A stretch of 64,000 bases of DNA, taken from the NCBI GenBank assembly GCA_965113315.1, contig OZ220363.1. One strand, 5' to 3'. Below, one piece after another: positions 1 to 13,835 of the stretch. The first letter of the stretch is position 1, and each line of letters starts with the position of its first letter. The notes under the pieces are model-generated. The model searched no databases. It was not told the DNA's origin and saw nothing but the letters and a program-made list of their open reading frames with translations. The position numbers were made by a program, and so were the translations under genes. The DNA comes from Podarcis vaucheri (taxonomy: Eukaryota).

Positions 1-113
1 TCTGTTCTCATCCTGAAGCAAAGTTCTTAACCCGAGGTACTATTTCTGGGTTAGCGGAGTCTGTAACCTGAAGCGTATGTAACCTGAAGCATATGTAACC
101 CGAGGTACCACTG
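1..113 (-). mobile_element. Partial Tigger/pogo-like (Tc1/mariner superfamily) non-autonomous MITE, family A, cut by the window edge
   Basis: Ends in ...GTAACCCGAGGTACCACTG followed by TA (114-115). It is the reverse complement of the 5' part of the copies at 1343 and 45776. Confidence 0.85.
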
Positions 114-1342
114 TAATGGTGTAGAGCGAGCAGCCATTTCTGAGATGCTTTAATTAGAGACTGTGTTTATTCTTGTTTCTAATAAACCATAGCCAATCCA
201 GCAAGACCAAATCCACTGGGAAGTTCTATATAAGCCTCGGCGAAAGGAATGGATGCTGTGCAACGTCACATTTCCACAGCCATTTCAACAGGACTCGCTT
301 AGGAGAATTTGTCAACATGTTGTATCCAACCTGAACAACTCTGTTATGTCACGTAGGTGACAACCCAGCTGAGAGGTGCTTAACCAGAGGTTAGCAGGAG
401 GACTACGCTTCTGTTTCACAGCTGGCACTCACGATAGGCACATTGTGAGCTTACATTACTCAATAAATGGCAGGATCAGTTGAGAAAATGAGGAGCACCC
501 ACTGCCAGCAGCCAGTTTGAGCAGGAATTTTAAGGGCATATGACCAAAATGGGGAGGGAAGGTTAGGAGAGGGAAGAGGGACTATCCAAAATACAACAAA
601 AAGGATTATGAGCCATAATCATGACGACAACACTGGTACTTAGGCAAACAAAAGTCTGATTGAAACCAAGCCCCAGGCTCAAACCAGGCACCAAGGACTA
701 CTGTGCCAAAAGTCAAACAGGAAAAGAAATCTCATAGAATTCACTTATTAAGATCGTTCTTGTTTCATGAGATGCACAATGAATCAGGAATTCAGCTAGA
801 TCAAGAAACATCCCCCCCCCATGGTGCCTTTCATGATCTAGAATTCCTCATGCCCTCTACCAAGAAACAAACTTGTGAGCTTGCCAGTACAGTGGCTCAA
901 GGATGAGACATATAATCAAGATAAGGAACAGTAAAACAGTTAGGCTTTGCCAAAGTTTGCAGTAACTGGAGGTTGCTCGAATGTACATACAATTCCTAAC
1001 TGGAAAGAGCTCCCGTTTCGAATTATCTCACAATCCATGCATATGCCATAATGTGAGATAACCGCAAATACATGTGTCTTTTACTGCCTGTAGATGCACT
1101 GGGAAGCTGTGACTGGCTGTGATTTCCAAACATGTATATAGCAAAAAATTATGCACGAGCACCGATCACACATGACAGGGGCACATGACAGTTTCATATG
1201 AATACTGACACAGAAGTAGTTTCAGGGTGGGAATTTGGGAATGCTTTACAACTTCAGTCCTGTTCTATATCCTATATCCAGTATGTTATTGGCCCTAACA
1301 GATCTTTTCGGACCCTGTGCTCACCTTTAGTCCAAATGTATA

Positions 1343-1562
1343 CAGCGGTACCTTGGGTTACAAACACCTCGGGTTACAAACACCTCGGGTTACAGACCTG
1401 GAAGCAGTAGCTCAGATTAAGAACTTTACCTCAGGATGAGAACAGAAATCGCGCAGCGGCAGCGGGAGGCTATTAGCTAAAGTGGTACCTCAGGTTAAGA
1501 ACGGTTTCACATTAAGAACGGACCTCCAGAATGAATTACGTTCATAACCAGAGGTACCACTG
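1343..1562 (+). mobile_element. Tigger/pogo-like MITE, family A (220 bp)
   Basis: TA|CAGCGGTACCTTGGGTTA ... TAACCAGAGGTACCACTG|TA: imperfect TIRs and TA target duplication. Homologous to 45776-46017. Confidence 0.88.
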
Positions 1563-2314
1563 TATCTGGAAACTTATTAACTGGTTTTAAAATATACATG
1601 TTTACGGTGGCAATGCTGCCATTGTGACCCATCTTATATTAGGCTGCAACCCAGCAGTGCATTCCCTTAAAGACAAATATATGACTTCCTTTTCTTATCT
1701 CACAGAATATGTGTTGGTCACATGGAATCATGCCTGTATATCCCTCCATAAATAGCACTCCTGTTCACCTGAATTCCAAATTATTTTTGATAGCCCCTGA
1801 GCCACTTGGGAAAACATGGTTGTCCTCTAGGCATGTGCTAGTATTGATACCATGATATCATAACTGGGCTTTCCACCATCGTCCTGTGAAGGGTGAAAGA
1901 ACTGAGCCCAGCAAGAGTGACTTGAGACCAAGATTTGGATGGGGGAAATCAGCCCCGCAAACAGTTAGTACACACCAGTCCTACCACCATCACCATCAAA
2001 AGTGTCAAGCCACGGTTAAATCTTTAATGTGAGGTGAAGTGATGCAGAAAACCTCCCAGTGGACTCTCTGCACTAGGGTGAGTTGCATTCTTAATGAGTC
2101 TAATCAGATTAACATTACAATTCAGTCCCTTGTGTGGAAACAATGCAAAACCAAATTTAGTAACCCAGTTTATACCACCTCACTCTGAGTAGTTTTGTTT
2201 ATGGCTTGCATGCTGCATTGAAAGCTCTGGCTTTCTCCCACAGTGCCTTGCTAAAGGAATTCCCCTGTAATGTTGCTGAATGTAGATGTTAACATCCACC
2301 AAGTTCCTCCCCGA

Positions 2315-2346
2315 ATCCATCCATCCATCCATCCATCCATCCATCC
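2315..2346. repeat. (ATCC)8 microsatellite
   Basis: Direct reading. Confidence 0.95.
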
Positions 2347-2555
2347 AATCAGTCACAAGTTGAGATAAACTGGTAAATCTGCCTCTGGTTAACACTCTCC
2401 CCACATACTAAAAGAAAAAGGAAAAGAAAGAAAGACAGTTGTTGTTCACTGTTCCCAACAGGAAAGATTTGATTTGGGCTACATATGACTGGGGGAGGTG
2501 TTTGAGAGCCGATTTCATTTACTGTAAAAAAAAAAACACACAACGAAACGAAACA

Positions 2556-2816
2556 NNNNNNNNNNNNNNNNNNNNNNNNNNNNNNNNNNNNNNNNNNNNN
2601 NNNNNNNNNNNNNNNNNNNNNNNNNNNNNNNNNNNNNNNNNNNNNNNNNNNNNNNNNNNNNNNNNNNNNNNNNNNNNNNNNNNNNNNNNNNNNNNNNNNN
2701 NNNNNNNNNNNNNNNNNNNNNNNNNNNNNNNNNNNNNNNNNNNNNNNNNNNNNNNNNNNNNNNNNNNNNNNNNNNNNNNNNNNNNNNNNNNNNNNNNNNN
2801 NNNNNNNNNNNNNNNN
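2556..2816. other. N-gap (261 nt)
   Basis: Run of N. Confidence 0.99.
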
Positions 2817-5028
2817 TTCTATTCCAATAACCTGAGAAAAGTTTATGGACATGCTTTGCTGCCTAGACCTCAATTTTCACCAACCTGCATACAGTTTTGA
2901 ATTTACAGCTTCACATACGTGGAGAGTAGCAACATGGCTGAAATTTACAGACTGATTATCTGTGGCTTCATAGTAAGAAAATTAGAGCTGATTTTATAAC
3001 TACATGACAGATATTTGCTCTTTAAGGAAGGGCATGCAGTTTGGAAATGTCAATTAACACACACATACACACATATAATCAAAATGAACTTTTATATGGT
3101 GGGAAGCTCTCAAAATGCAATTTATGTTCTTTCACAGAGATCCCTGGGAATAAATTAAATGTATATCCTTCTCTATTTGCACACTATTTGTGTAGCAGTC
3201 ATGTTATAAGTTTAATAAAAAAAAGATTTATAACCCCTGTTTTAAGATTTATCATTCACATGGCAGTAGAAAGACCAGGAAATGAGCAATGCATTTTCTA
3301 TACTTAACTCTGTTATCTATGGTACAAGGATGCTTATAGCTCTGGGTGTGGAGGAAGCAGAAATAAGGCCCCCCTATATGAGCCTGTCTTGGAATGGGGT
3401 GAGGTGGGGAGGGAGCTCCATTTCTTATCATTGGATAAGTTAATTTTAAAAAGGAGGGAGGGGAGAAAAGCACAGCGGCTGTTATAATTTAGTGTGTGCA
3501 TCTCTGAAGGTTTGCCTTACCCAGGAGGCTAACACTATTAGCAAAACAAGTTTAGGCAAATCTATTCATTCTAGTTTTATTAGCAGGTAATGAAAAGGTG
3601 TAAGTTAAAGTGTGAAATGACTCTGTGTATTTTGAAAACAATATTTCAGCAAACAGTTTTATTCAGCCAGGTCTCTTTATATTATGGTTACATGCAGTAC
3701 ATTTCTTTCTAATAATGCAAAACGGTAGTTTTCAGTTGGCAATACAGGCTAAGCAAGGGAATTAGATTCACGATTATGGGAAACTGCCTGTCAGCATTGT
3801 GCTTTATTTCTCCTCTGCTGCCATGGAGCCATTCACAAGACCCCGGACTGAGCTTGTTTTGCAGTTGGTGCAGACGTTTTGGTCTATTTGGTCTGAGTGG
3901 CATGTGGGGAAGTGGCAAAGCCAGTTCTCCACGAGCACAAACCTCCACTATTCCTAGGCCAAACTTTGTGATGAAAATCTGCACAACTCATTTAAGAAGG
4001 CTGTTAGTCGTGGCAAATTGAGCTATACAGCAAACCTTACCATGCACAAGTTCTATCCAGGCGAACAAAAGTGAATATTCATGGTGGGGTGCATATTTGT
4101 TAGACTAACATGCTGCCAGGTGAATTGGCCTTGAGTTAAGCGTCAGCCCCATAGGTTGTTGATGCTTTGTCTTTCAGACTCAATCTTATCTTACCAAATA
4201 TTTTGCCTGATGATGCATTTGTCTTCTGTAACTTGATAAACATTACATGACCCAACATGTTTAAGTTTGCAGCACAAAAATTGAAGTGACTGATAATGAA
4301 TTAATGCCCATGTCAGCCTCTCTCTCTCTCTCTTTTAAAAAAAGAAGCAACTAATAACTAACACTCCTTCCAGGACTCCTGTTTTACTCTCTCCAGTTCA
4401 GAAAAAAATGGGCTACTTTCTTTGGCATACACAAGAGGTACATAAAAACGTAATCAAAACAAGCTTGGAGGGACAGGTTGAATAAAAGTATTGAGAACTC
4501 TAAAAATGTTGCAAAGATATTTGTCTATTATCAGACGCCAATCCTGACAATATTTACTTGTTGCCTTCAGGGAGGTCCTGAGCCTGTAAGCAATACTTAA
4601 AATGGTAAGGATGTAGATGAACAAGGGTTCACCTTGAAGAGTAGAGGAGCTCTGAAAGGAAAGTATGGAGATTCCCATGTCACAGGTACTACCTAAGCAC
4701 TGCTATTTCTTCAAGGTTTTCCTGTTCACAGAGAGACAGTCTACAGGACCAAGGCCTAGCTCAAACAGAGCCCATCTGCATAGCTTGATTCAAAACAGGA
4801 AGGGGCAGATTAATGGCATAGCATAGATTATGATTCTGATATCCCTTCCTTTAAAAAAAAATGCAGGAACTTCACAAGTGGGTACATAACAATGCAGCTC
4901 TTGACAGAAGATGCTGTCCTCCTCTGACCCAGCATAATATAGATATAGGCCCAGGTATGCTGAGTGGCACGGTTGGAAGCCAATGACGCCTAAGGGGCTT
5001 CTGTTGGGAGCCACCATAAGTCTCTATA

Positions 5029-5276
5029 GAAGAAGAAGAGTTTGGATTTGATATCCCGCCTTTCACTCCCCTTCAGGAGTCTCAAAGCGGCTAACATTCT
5101 CCTTTCCCTTCCTCCCCCACAACAAACACTCTGTGAGGTGAGTGGGGCTGAGAGACTTCACAGAAGTGTGACTGGCCCAAGGTCACCCAGCAGCTGCATG
5201 TGGAGGAGCGGAGACGCGAACCCGGTTCCCCAGATTACGAGACTACCGCTCTTAACCACTACACCACACTGGCTCT
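5029..5276 (-). mobile_element. tRNA-derived SINE, Squam3-like
   Basis: Minus strand starts AGAGCCAGTGTGGTGTAGTGGTTAAGAGCGG (Pol III A box), has GGTTCGCGTCTCC (B-box-like), a MIR/CORE-like GTGACCTTGGGCCAGTCAC segment, and ends in a (CTT)n tail. Family name is from recall, not a search. Confidence 0.85.
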
Positions 5277-6161
5277 ACTCTCTCTCTTCCTTGGGAGTTA
5301 GCTGGCCTGTCATCTGTCAGTTTTCTGTTTTGTTTGATGGAGCAACTGTTTGGTGTGGTGGTCCAGCTCCACTGCTGGGAACTGGGCTTAAATCTGGAGG
5401 GATTGTTGTGTTGTTTACAGTATGGCACAACTGAATCATACCAAGGTCCTGTATCATAGTAGTAAAAGGGGGGAGGATGTTAGGTTCTTCTTAGTTGATG
5501 GAGTCAGCTTTATTTCATGGTGATAGAACTACTTGGTTATGCATTCTTGCCAGGTACCATAGTGCCACTGATATGGTGGTCTGATGGCATCAGTTGGTTA
5601 CTTTTGTTCTGTTTTATTATTTCCTTCTTGACTGAGGTAGGCATGGCCTGGTCTGCATGTGCAGAAGAATGAGGTGGTAGAATGGACTGTTCCACATCAG
5701 GCTGCTGGTGACAGGCACCATTTTGTTGTTGTTTCACCCATGGTGCTGGTGTGCAGCTGGAATGTAGGGTGTGGTGAATGTGCTACTTTCCTACATGCAA
5801 GGGAGCATTTAAGACTCTTGAGCCTCAACTTTGTGTTGCAAAGATTCTTCTGAAACCACATTCTACTTCATATATAGAGCAGACCTTACTTGCTTTGCCA
5901 CAGTTGAAGAACTGCCAAGATATACCAGTGATTACTAAATACAATTGTCAGCACATACATCTTCTTGCCAAGAGTTTCACTGCTGAAAGCTGTGCAGGGT
6001 TCAACAGCATTCTATCCTGCTCTGAAATGCCCTCTAAATTTGGAATTAATTGACTTGGCAGAGATTACGTGTACCCCTTCAAAGGTATGACACACCAAAA
6101 AGTGGGACAGCCACAGCACATTTCTCCTTGTTTCTCCACTACTGTACTAAAGTCCTAATTG

Positions 6162-6279
6162 CATGGGCGTAGCCAAGGAGGGGCAGGGGGGCAGCTGCCC
6201 TCCAAAATCAATAAAAATCAATAAAAATATATAGCAAACTGAGGTCCCCCCCCCAACAATAATCGTGACTATGCCCATG
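6162..6279. mobile_element. Short hAT-type MITE (118 bp)
   Basis: TIRs CATGGGCGTAGCCA / TGACTATGCCCATG. 8-bp TSD CCTAATTG (6154-6161) / CCTAATTC (6280-6287). Confidence 0.8.
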
Positions 6280-8081
6280 CCTAATTCACTATGGTGAAGA
6301 AAATGAGGAGTGCAAAAGAGAAGCAGGAAATGAACTAGTGAAAGAACCAACAGGAGGCACAGCTGATGTAAGTTATCTTGTTGCTTTGAAGCTGTTAAAG
6401 GGGCAGGCATGATCTCAGAGTTTATATAAAATGTCACAGCAGATGAACCCTTTGTTTGAGCTAGTAATACTGTTCTCATGTTCTAAATATTATGTTGTCG
6501 AGGTAAAAAGTACGTTCATGACATGTTCAAATGATACCAAATCATAAGGAATTGGTGAAAATTCGGAAGATGGGATTAAAACTCAAATCGATCATGATAA
6601 ATTAACAAACACAGGTGGAAAGCAATAAAATGTTCTACATGTGCTATATATGTTGGGTCATTCCTGAAAGTACAGCTTGAAAATAAGCATGAATGGAGAC
6701 TCTGATGATAAGCCATTGACTCATGCACTTTCATGAAAGTGACAAGCAATTCAAAATTAAGTCAATGTGTTGTTGCAGTCTTATAATTTACAATCATTCA
6801 GGAATTTATATAGATCTATCTTCCTTCCTTCCTGTTTTTTTAAAAAAACACTGCAGTTTCATTTGAAGTCATCATGTGATTGATCCCTGCATAGCTAGGT
6901 TGCCTTAAAAGTGGTGCTATTTACAATTAACTCATGTTTTCAGCACACACATATATATAGTGGCTTCATCACTGTGTGACAGTCTTAGCCTCCATCTCAA
7001 GGTGAGTATTTTCAGTCAGAGGCAATAGTGGGAGTAGGGGGATGATGGATTGTCTGAATCCACTACAAGTTCAAGCTTAGTCAAAAATGTTTGCAAGTTT
7101 TTGGCACAGAGAACAAAAGTTAAAGGATTCCCGCCATACCCCTATTCCTAAGTCATTTGGTGAACTCTCATGAGCTTTGCTGAATGCACTGTTAGGAGTC
7201 TAATCTGTGGGCTAATTGTTTTTCAAATGTCAATTTTTTGGAGTCCAAACTGTAAAACCTAAGGCTATGCATGCTCATTGCAAATGCAGCCATTTGCACA
7301 GATCAACCTCTCTCAATGGCTTATGTTAGGAACAAATGTAACCAGCTTCCTTAATTATACTTGTCCCATTCGTTCTGCATTCACAATTAGGAATGGGATC
7401 GGACCTCTCCATTTCCACTTTGCCCTTGAAAATTCTTTAGAACAAGCTAATATTAAACCAACTTCAAACCATAGTTTAATATCTTGGCTCGTTCTGAAGC
7501 TGGTAACTATAGTTTTCCTGACTGGGATGAAACAGAAAACGATGGTTAATTGAAAACCTCCTGGACCAATTTCTCATGCTGAAAAGGGGATGGATGAATG
7601 ATTGTCCAATGATGGCTACCGCATATATATTTAACTGCAAACTAGTCTATTGACAAATATTTCTGATATCTGTCCAACATCCAAGTTTAGTGTTTACATA
7701 AAAGATCTGAGTGTGGCCTGTCATCGTGACATAGAAATATCATGTGTGACTTCTAGCAATTCTAAGATAAGAAGTAGAGGGTTTACCATTTCTTTAATCC
7801 CGTTTCCTCATTCCCAAATTTGGAAGCAACTGTTTCTCCATAATAATTTAGAAGTAAGCAAATAATTTCCCCTGAACCTATTACATCAACCTAGAGCACA
7901 CATGCAGAAATGCAGTTCTGCTATACTAGGTGTCAAAGACTTTCTGTACAACAGGTCGCATCCAGCTCATGTATACTATCTATCTAAATACTATCAAATA
8001 CTATCTATCCACTATAAGGAAACATTTCCATCACTTTCATAGGTCTCTTGATGGAACAGTGTGTATGCCTGTGTTTGAATC

Positions 8082-8744
8082 ATAATAATAATAATAATAA
8101 TAATAATTTATTATTTGTACCCCGCCCATCTGGCTGGGTTTCCCCAGCCACTCTGGGCGGCTTCCACAGAAACCAAAAAACACTAAAATATCATACATTA
8201 AAAGCTTCCCTGAATAGGGCCGCCTTAAGATGTCTTCTGAATGTCAGGTAGTTGTCCATCACCTTGACATCCAATGGGAGGGCATTCCACAGGGCGGGCG
8301 CCACCACCGAAAAGGACCTCTGCCTGGTTCCCTGTAGCTTCGCTTCTCGTAATGAGGGAACCGCCAGAAGGCCCTCGGCGCTGGACCTCAGTGTCCGGGC
8401 AGAATGATGGGGGTGGAGACGCTCCTTCAGGTATACTGGGCCGAAGCCGTTTAGGGCTTTAAAGGTCAACACCAGCACTTTGAATTGTGCTCGGAAACGT
8501 ACTGGGAGCCAATGTAGGTCTTTCAAGACCGGTGTTATGTGGTCTCGGCGGCCGCCCCCAGTCACCAGTCTAGCTGCCGCATTCTGGATTAGCTGTAGTT
8601 TCCGAGTCACCTTCAAAGGTAGCCCCACGTAGAGCGCATTGCAGTAGTCCAAGCGGGAGATAACTAGAGCATGCACCACTCTGGCCAGACAGTCCGCAGG
8701 CAGGTAGGGTCTCAGCCTGCGTACCAGGTGGAGTTGGTAGACAG
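8082..8744 (-). mobile_element. 5'-truncated L2-clade LINE (3' end of ORF2, 3' UTR and (TTA)n tail)
   Basis: Minus-strand frame VYQLHLVRRLRPYL...VHALVISRLDYCNALYVGLP...LQLIQNAAARLV...HITPVLKDLHWLPVRFRAQFKVLVLTFKAL is typical of the L2 ORF2 C-terminus. Microsatellite tail at about 8082-8106. Confidence 0.93.
8191..8744 (-). pseudogene. L2 ORF2 C-terminal fragment (downstream of the RT core), uninterrupted to its stop
   Basis: ORF track 8191..8679 plus in-frame extension to about 8744. 5'-truncated, with no native start. Confidence 0.85.
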
Positions 8745-10974
8745 TCCTTTACTAAAATAATACTTAAGCGTAGTCTAACTTACAAAAAGCAAGATTTTTT
8801 TCAAAATAAGCATTGACCTATAGTGAGGCTGGCTAACTAACAAACCTTATTGAAGAAGGAAAGGTACTATTCAGTGAGAGTGAGAGTATGACTCTCTGGC
8901 CCAGCGTTAATAAAAAATGTCAGCTGGAAGTAGGTTTTAAAAAATTGCTCCTTCTGTATTTTTACAGTTGAGCTATAAATTCCTCATAAACAGAGATAAT
9001 AATGAAAGTGCTGACACAACCTTTGCTATGGCATTGGGAACATTCACTACAGTATGTTACCTGTTCTTTGCAGAGGGAAAATTTCTATAGTCCCCCCCCC
9101 CACCATGAAATATTAGTGCTTACATAGTCTACTATATCATCTCATTTAGTTTCGTTTTGTTTTGTTTAAATACAGGACAGTCCGGATAAATCGACAGATT
9201 TCGCTAGTTATCTTGCAAAACGGAATAGATAAAACTCACAGTATTACTTCAGAGAAGGAAGACAAACCCCATCAATTATTCTGAAATGTAAGTAGCTAGC
9301 CATAAGAAGATCACTAGAAAAAGTCTGTATTTTCCTCAGGTTTAACTAAATAATGTATGCATACTTTTGTTTTGGCATGATGAAGCAATTTTAGCCTTTA
9401 AAACACACAACTACTCAGGAGGGAAAAGGTCTGGTTCCTGCAACTTAAATAATTCAAACATCCAGGTGGAAATGCTTTTAGCAATTTCCTTTTTGGAGAC
9501 AAAGGAAGAAGAGTTCAAAATTCTGAGACACCGAGGAGGAGGCAACGACAACAACAACAAGTAATAAAAGAGCAAAGTGTGGATACTTCCCAGTAGAAGA
9601 CAAAATTCGCAAGAATTAAAGCTGACCACACAGACGGTCAATAGAAAACTGTAGCAATAAAAAAAAATGCTTTGAGAAAAATGATTGGCCTTGTATTATA
9701 ACAAACTTGTTTTCCTAAAAACACAGTAAAAATAGCACTCTACTCTTTCGCCCGGGTCCTAGCTGGTTTGTATATGCTATGGGGTTAGGCAGATGTTAGG
9801 GGTCACTGAAGAAGCTGTGTGAAAATGTGAGCTGCCAGCAGTCGCCTTCTGAGTTTACAGAAACATATATGTCATATAAGGCATAACTTAGGGCTTGAAA
9901 ACAAATGAGAAGTGAAAGGAGCTACCCAAGTTTGGAAGGTTGTTTTAGAATACAGGACATCAGCTGTAGTCAAGACAAAACTCTCTCAGCAGCACGGGGG
10001 AATTTTGCAGGCTTAGAATGTAGGTAAAAATGGTCCTCTGAGTCAGTGTCCTATTGGCCTTATGTCAGGTTTCGATACATGCCGTAGGGAGAATTTGCCT
10101 TCTCACTTGCAGATCTGTAATGACATGCTTGTAAAAGAGCGTGGGACTGCAGCTGAAGCCCCTGCAGTGGCCTTAGAGCAAAGCTTACAGCCCTGAAATT
10201 CTTTTTTTGTGTGAAAATAAAACACATACAAATAAATTCCCTGAGAACTTTGGAAAGTGTAAGGAGGAGGAAGGGGACGAGAGAAGGAAAACAGAGGGAA
10301 GCAAAAGGACAGACTAGCACAGTGGAAGCAACAAAATGTAAACCGAATTGCCTATTGAGAAGAAACAACCCAAGATATCTGTAACCTGAACATCAAATTC
10401 AGTCACTCAAAAAGGAATAGTCTCCCCCGTTCCCAATAACCAACTTCCGAAATTTGGATATTTAGCTGAGGAGGAATAGGGAAGAGAGGATTGAGAATAA
10501 GAACTAGGCTGTGTCTTTCCTGCACTCACACAGTGTGCAAAAGTTGAAATGTATCTGAAAAGTTTTTAGTCTGATTCCTGGGAGGCCTTGGAGAAAACAG
10601 TAACTATTCGCCTCCTTCCTTCCTTCTCCTCACCCATGCTTGACCTTCTGCCAGCATCTCTTCACAGGTTCAGCAGGGGAGATAGAGGGGGGAATCCTAC
10701 AACCACTCCTGTCTGTGGGGGGGGGGGGAATCCCTCTCAGTAACAACACTGAGAAATAGGCCTTGGAAATCCTCTCTGATTCCCCTGTTCCTCAGCCCAC
10801 ATATGCTACTTTAATGAAGTGGCTTTCCTGCTGGCAGTTGCAAGATGACTGACTGCCTACCTGGCTGTCAGCACACTTGTTAATCCATCCTTTAGAAGTG
10901 GGTGATGTTCCACTTGCCTAAAAAGAGGAAGACCATGTACTCTGGCCTTTGTAGGATGCCATATGGTGCTTGTT

Positions 10975-11428
10975 GGAACCAAATCTCAGCACCTGGATTT
11001 GGTTGCGCGTCCTGCAGCCGGGGTGGAGCAAGCCACCCATGGGGGTGGGGCAAGCCAAGGCAGGGTGCGCTGCGTGGAGCCTCTCTGCAGTCTCCCCTTC
11101 AGCTGTAGGGCGGCTGAGGCAGTGGGCAGGTGCAAGCCCCATGTTGCCTTTTCAGGCAGCGCCTGGAACCTGCAGGTGCCCCAGCCACTACATCACTCCT
11201 AGGAGAGACGCCTGGTTTGGGCATGCTGCAGGCCCCGCTGTAAGTGCCAGCCCCCATGGTGTGGCCCCCAGGGCCAGCTGTGTTTTGTTGAACTTGTTGA
11301 CTGAACTAAAAAGTTTCATGAGCCCCCCCCTTTAAAATAAAACTCATATTTCTGTCAATTTCTCACCGCCCTATGTGATGACACCTGGGTTGGCTCGCAC
11401 CCACCGCACCCCCATTCCTATGCCACTG
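10975..11428. mobile_element. GC-rich hAT-like non-autonomous element, only one terminus recognisable
   Basis: Right end ...CCCACCGCACCCCCATTCCTATGCCACTG (rc CAGTGGCATAGG...) resembles the CAGTGGCGTAG terminus at 23787. Abrupt GC-rich interior. Left boundary uncertain. Confidence 0.5.
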
Positions 11429-11511
11429 CTTGGAGCCAGGTCAATTGACTTACTGATATTGTGTCCCCGGTATAATTCAATAATAACAGATTCACTCTTA
11501 TGCCTGCGTAT

Positions 11512-11645
11512 ATTCCATACATTAAATGCACATTTGAAGCACATGACTTCCCCTCACAGAGCTGCAATTCCCAGTGCCCCTCACAAACTACAGTTCCCCA
11601 GATTCTTTGGGGTAGGTGTCATGTGCTTTAAATGTATGGCATATA
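11512..11645. repeat. Degenerate palindromic MITE-like repeat
   Basis: CCATACATT...GCACATGAC ... GTCATGTGCTTTAAATGTATGG form inverted arms around AACTACAGTTCCCCAGATTCTTTGG. A related fragment lies at about 19315-19378. Confidence 0.6.
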
Positions 11646-11813
11646 CACAGTGGTGAGATGTTTTGTCACTGAGACATACCCAGTTTGCACATCTATTCCT
11701 CATTGTTCACATGCATTAAAGGATTTTGCTTCTGCTGCTTTCTATCAGCACAGTGGATGCAGATGATCAGTTGCCATTACATGTTGCACATTCTGTCCAG
11801 CTGATTTACTGCT

Positions 11814-11956
11814 ATTAATAATAATGATAACAACAATTTTATTATTTGTACCCTGCCCATCTGACTGGGCTGCTCCAGCCACTCTGGGTGGCTTCCAATG
11901 GATATAAAAACTTAATTAAAAAAAATATCAAACATTAAAAACTTCCCTATACAGGG
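11814..11956 (-). mobile_element. L2 3'-end fragment, same family as 8082-8744
   Basis: TTATTATTTGTACCCTGCCCATCTGACTGGG...CCAGCCACTCTGGGTGGCTTCCA closely matches 8108-8166. TAA-rich tail. Confidence 0.85.
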
Positions 11957-12329
11957 AAAAACCTCCCTAAAAACTTTCCTGTGCTAGTTTTGAGCGTCCA
12001 TCTTAGTGCCCTATGTTGTCCCTGACTGTCCTTTTTCGAGAAGAGAGGCAGTTGCCTCATCAGCGTTCCCTGTGAGCTAAGGTTCAGGCTATATCCAAAG
12101 CCCTGAAGGCTTTTCTAATATGTACAGCCCCCTGCAGTCATAGAAATCAGCTTGCTGAAAGGTTTTATTTCTTCTCCATATAAAAAGGACAGTTTAATGC
12201 TTTATCCAGAAACAAGAAATGCAGAAGTAAAAGTGAGCTATGATTTCAGACTTTAAACAGTGTGTGTGCACGCCTGTGTGTGTGTATCTCCACCAGAAGG
12301 TGTCCCTGGGTCTAAACGTTGAATATATA

Positions 12330-12690
12330 AACATAAGAAGAGCTCTGCTGGAACTGAATAAAGCCCACCTAGTCTAGCGTTCTGTTCCCACAGTGGGTCA
12401 CCAAAGACTTTCTGGAAGCCCTCTGGAAGCAGGGCATGCGCACAACAGCAGCCTCTTGTTCACAATCCCCAAGAATTCAGAATCATATTGCCCAGGGCTT
12501 TTTACAAACCGGAACTCTCTAGAATTCAGTTCCAGCGCCTCTCAGGTGGGTGCCATTGCCATTCTAAGAGAACGAGGGAATTCCGGCACCTCTTTTTCTA
12601 GAAAAATAGCACGGATACTGCTGCCTCTGAACTACATAGCTATGTTGACTACCAGCCACTGAAAGCATGATCCATCATGAACTTGTCTAC
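12330..12690 (-). mobile_element. Degraded CR1 LINE 3' UTR fragment interrupted by a hAT MITE
   Basis: AACATAAGAAGAGCTCTGCTGG...GCCCACCTAGTCTAGC is the reverse complement of a typical CR1 3' terminus and resembles 34860-34907. Confidence 0.65.
12493..12614. mobile_element. hAT-type MITE (122 bp) nested in the CR1 relic
   Basis: Ends CAGGGCTTTTT / AAAATAGCACGG. Degenerate 8-bp TSD ATATTGCC / ATACTGCT. Confidence 0.65.
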
Positions 12691-13835
12691 AAATTGCCTC
12701 TAACCCACATGCTTTTTTAGCTAGAAAAAACCACAAAAGAGTATAGTAAACCCATACCTGTCAATGACAGTGTTTTCCCCAACCTTCATTTCAAACTATA
12801 TATAGTAACACCTTTGAGGTCTGCCTACATTATTTATTGGTTTGGGGCTTCTCAAGTGCATCGAGAACCCACACAGAACCAGAGTCTAGTCCCTTTCAAA
12901 GGGGATCACACACTGTCACAGGAGAAACCAGGGGGTCCTCTCTGTATGATCTGGGGATAATTTGTCACAGGGGACTCTGGACAGGGTATCCAGAGAAAGG
13001 TCGGAACAGAGCAACACTAGCTCCTGGCTAACGCTGTGTTTTTGTTAACAGTGCTCTGGAAAAACATGAAACGCTCCATTTCCAGACCAGGTCACTTCCT
13101 TCTTCCATGATCAAACAATGAACAGATCTTTCTGGCCTTACAAAGGAGCAGCTGAAGGTTCAGTAAGTTATTTGTTAATGAGGACTGGGGAATGACAGGA
13201 AGACAGAAAAGTCAGCCGATATCGAACTCTTTTACCCAGAACTTGATTTGTCTAACTCCCAGTACCATATTTCCTCTTCATCCTACCACTGCACTTATTT
13301 TGTGCACTGTTTTTAAACTGCATATAGCACCTGCTGGGGTGGGGCTGAGAAATATCAGATTGCAGCCACTGAGGATGGGGATTGTAAGCCTTCCCACCCA
13401 TCCTGCAATCCTGAGGACGATCCCTCCTCTGAGGCTGCTATTTGCATCAGGAGAAAAACCCCCACTGGTGCCAATGTGGGTTTTCCTCCCAGTTGCAGGT
13501 GCCTTCACAGGAATGGTTTTAATCAAGACCACAGTAAGGGCAAGAAAGAGTTAAAATGCTTTCTCTAGCCCCTACTGAAATTCCCCAATAATGTTCAGCC
13601 CCTGCCCCATTCAGCTGCTATATGCATTTAAAAAAAAAAAAAAAGCCATGGACATTAAATAGTTTGTGGATCCCAGCTCAGATCAGGTCCCTCAGGGGTT
13701 CTGTTTAGATGACAATTTACTGCATTTGGGGTGATTTTATTCCCCACCCAGGATTCTCCTATTCAGTTTTATCCTGTGTTCTCCTCTGAATCACACAGCT
13801 GCACACCTGACAGAAAACTTTCTCACATATATATA

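Noticed and set aside
5200-5276. tRNA genes at SINE heads (also 32600-32685 and 50486-50550)
   Set aside because: The A/B boxes belong to tRNA-derived SINEs that continue into a SINE body and tail. No complete cloverleaf was evident.
9240-9290. 41-nt minus-strand exon candidate (ttacatttcag|...ACT|GTGAGT)
   Set aside because: It has stops in all three frames and is incompatible with the candidate upstream exon at 14141. No independent support.
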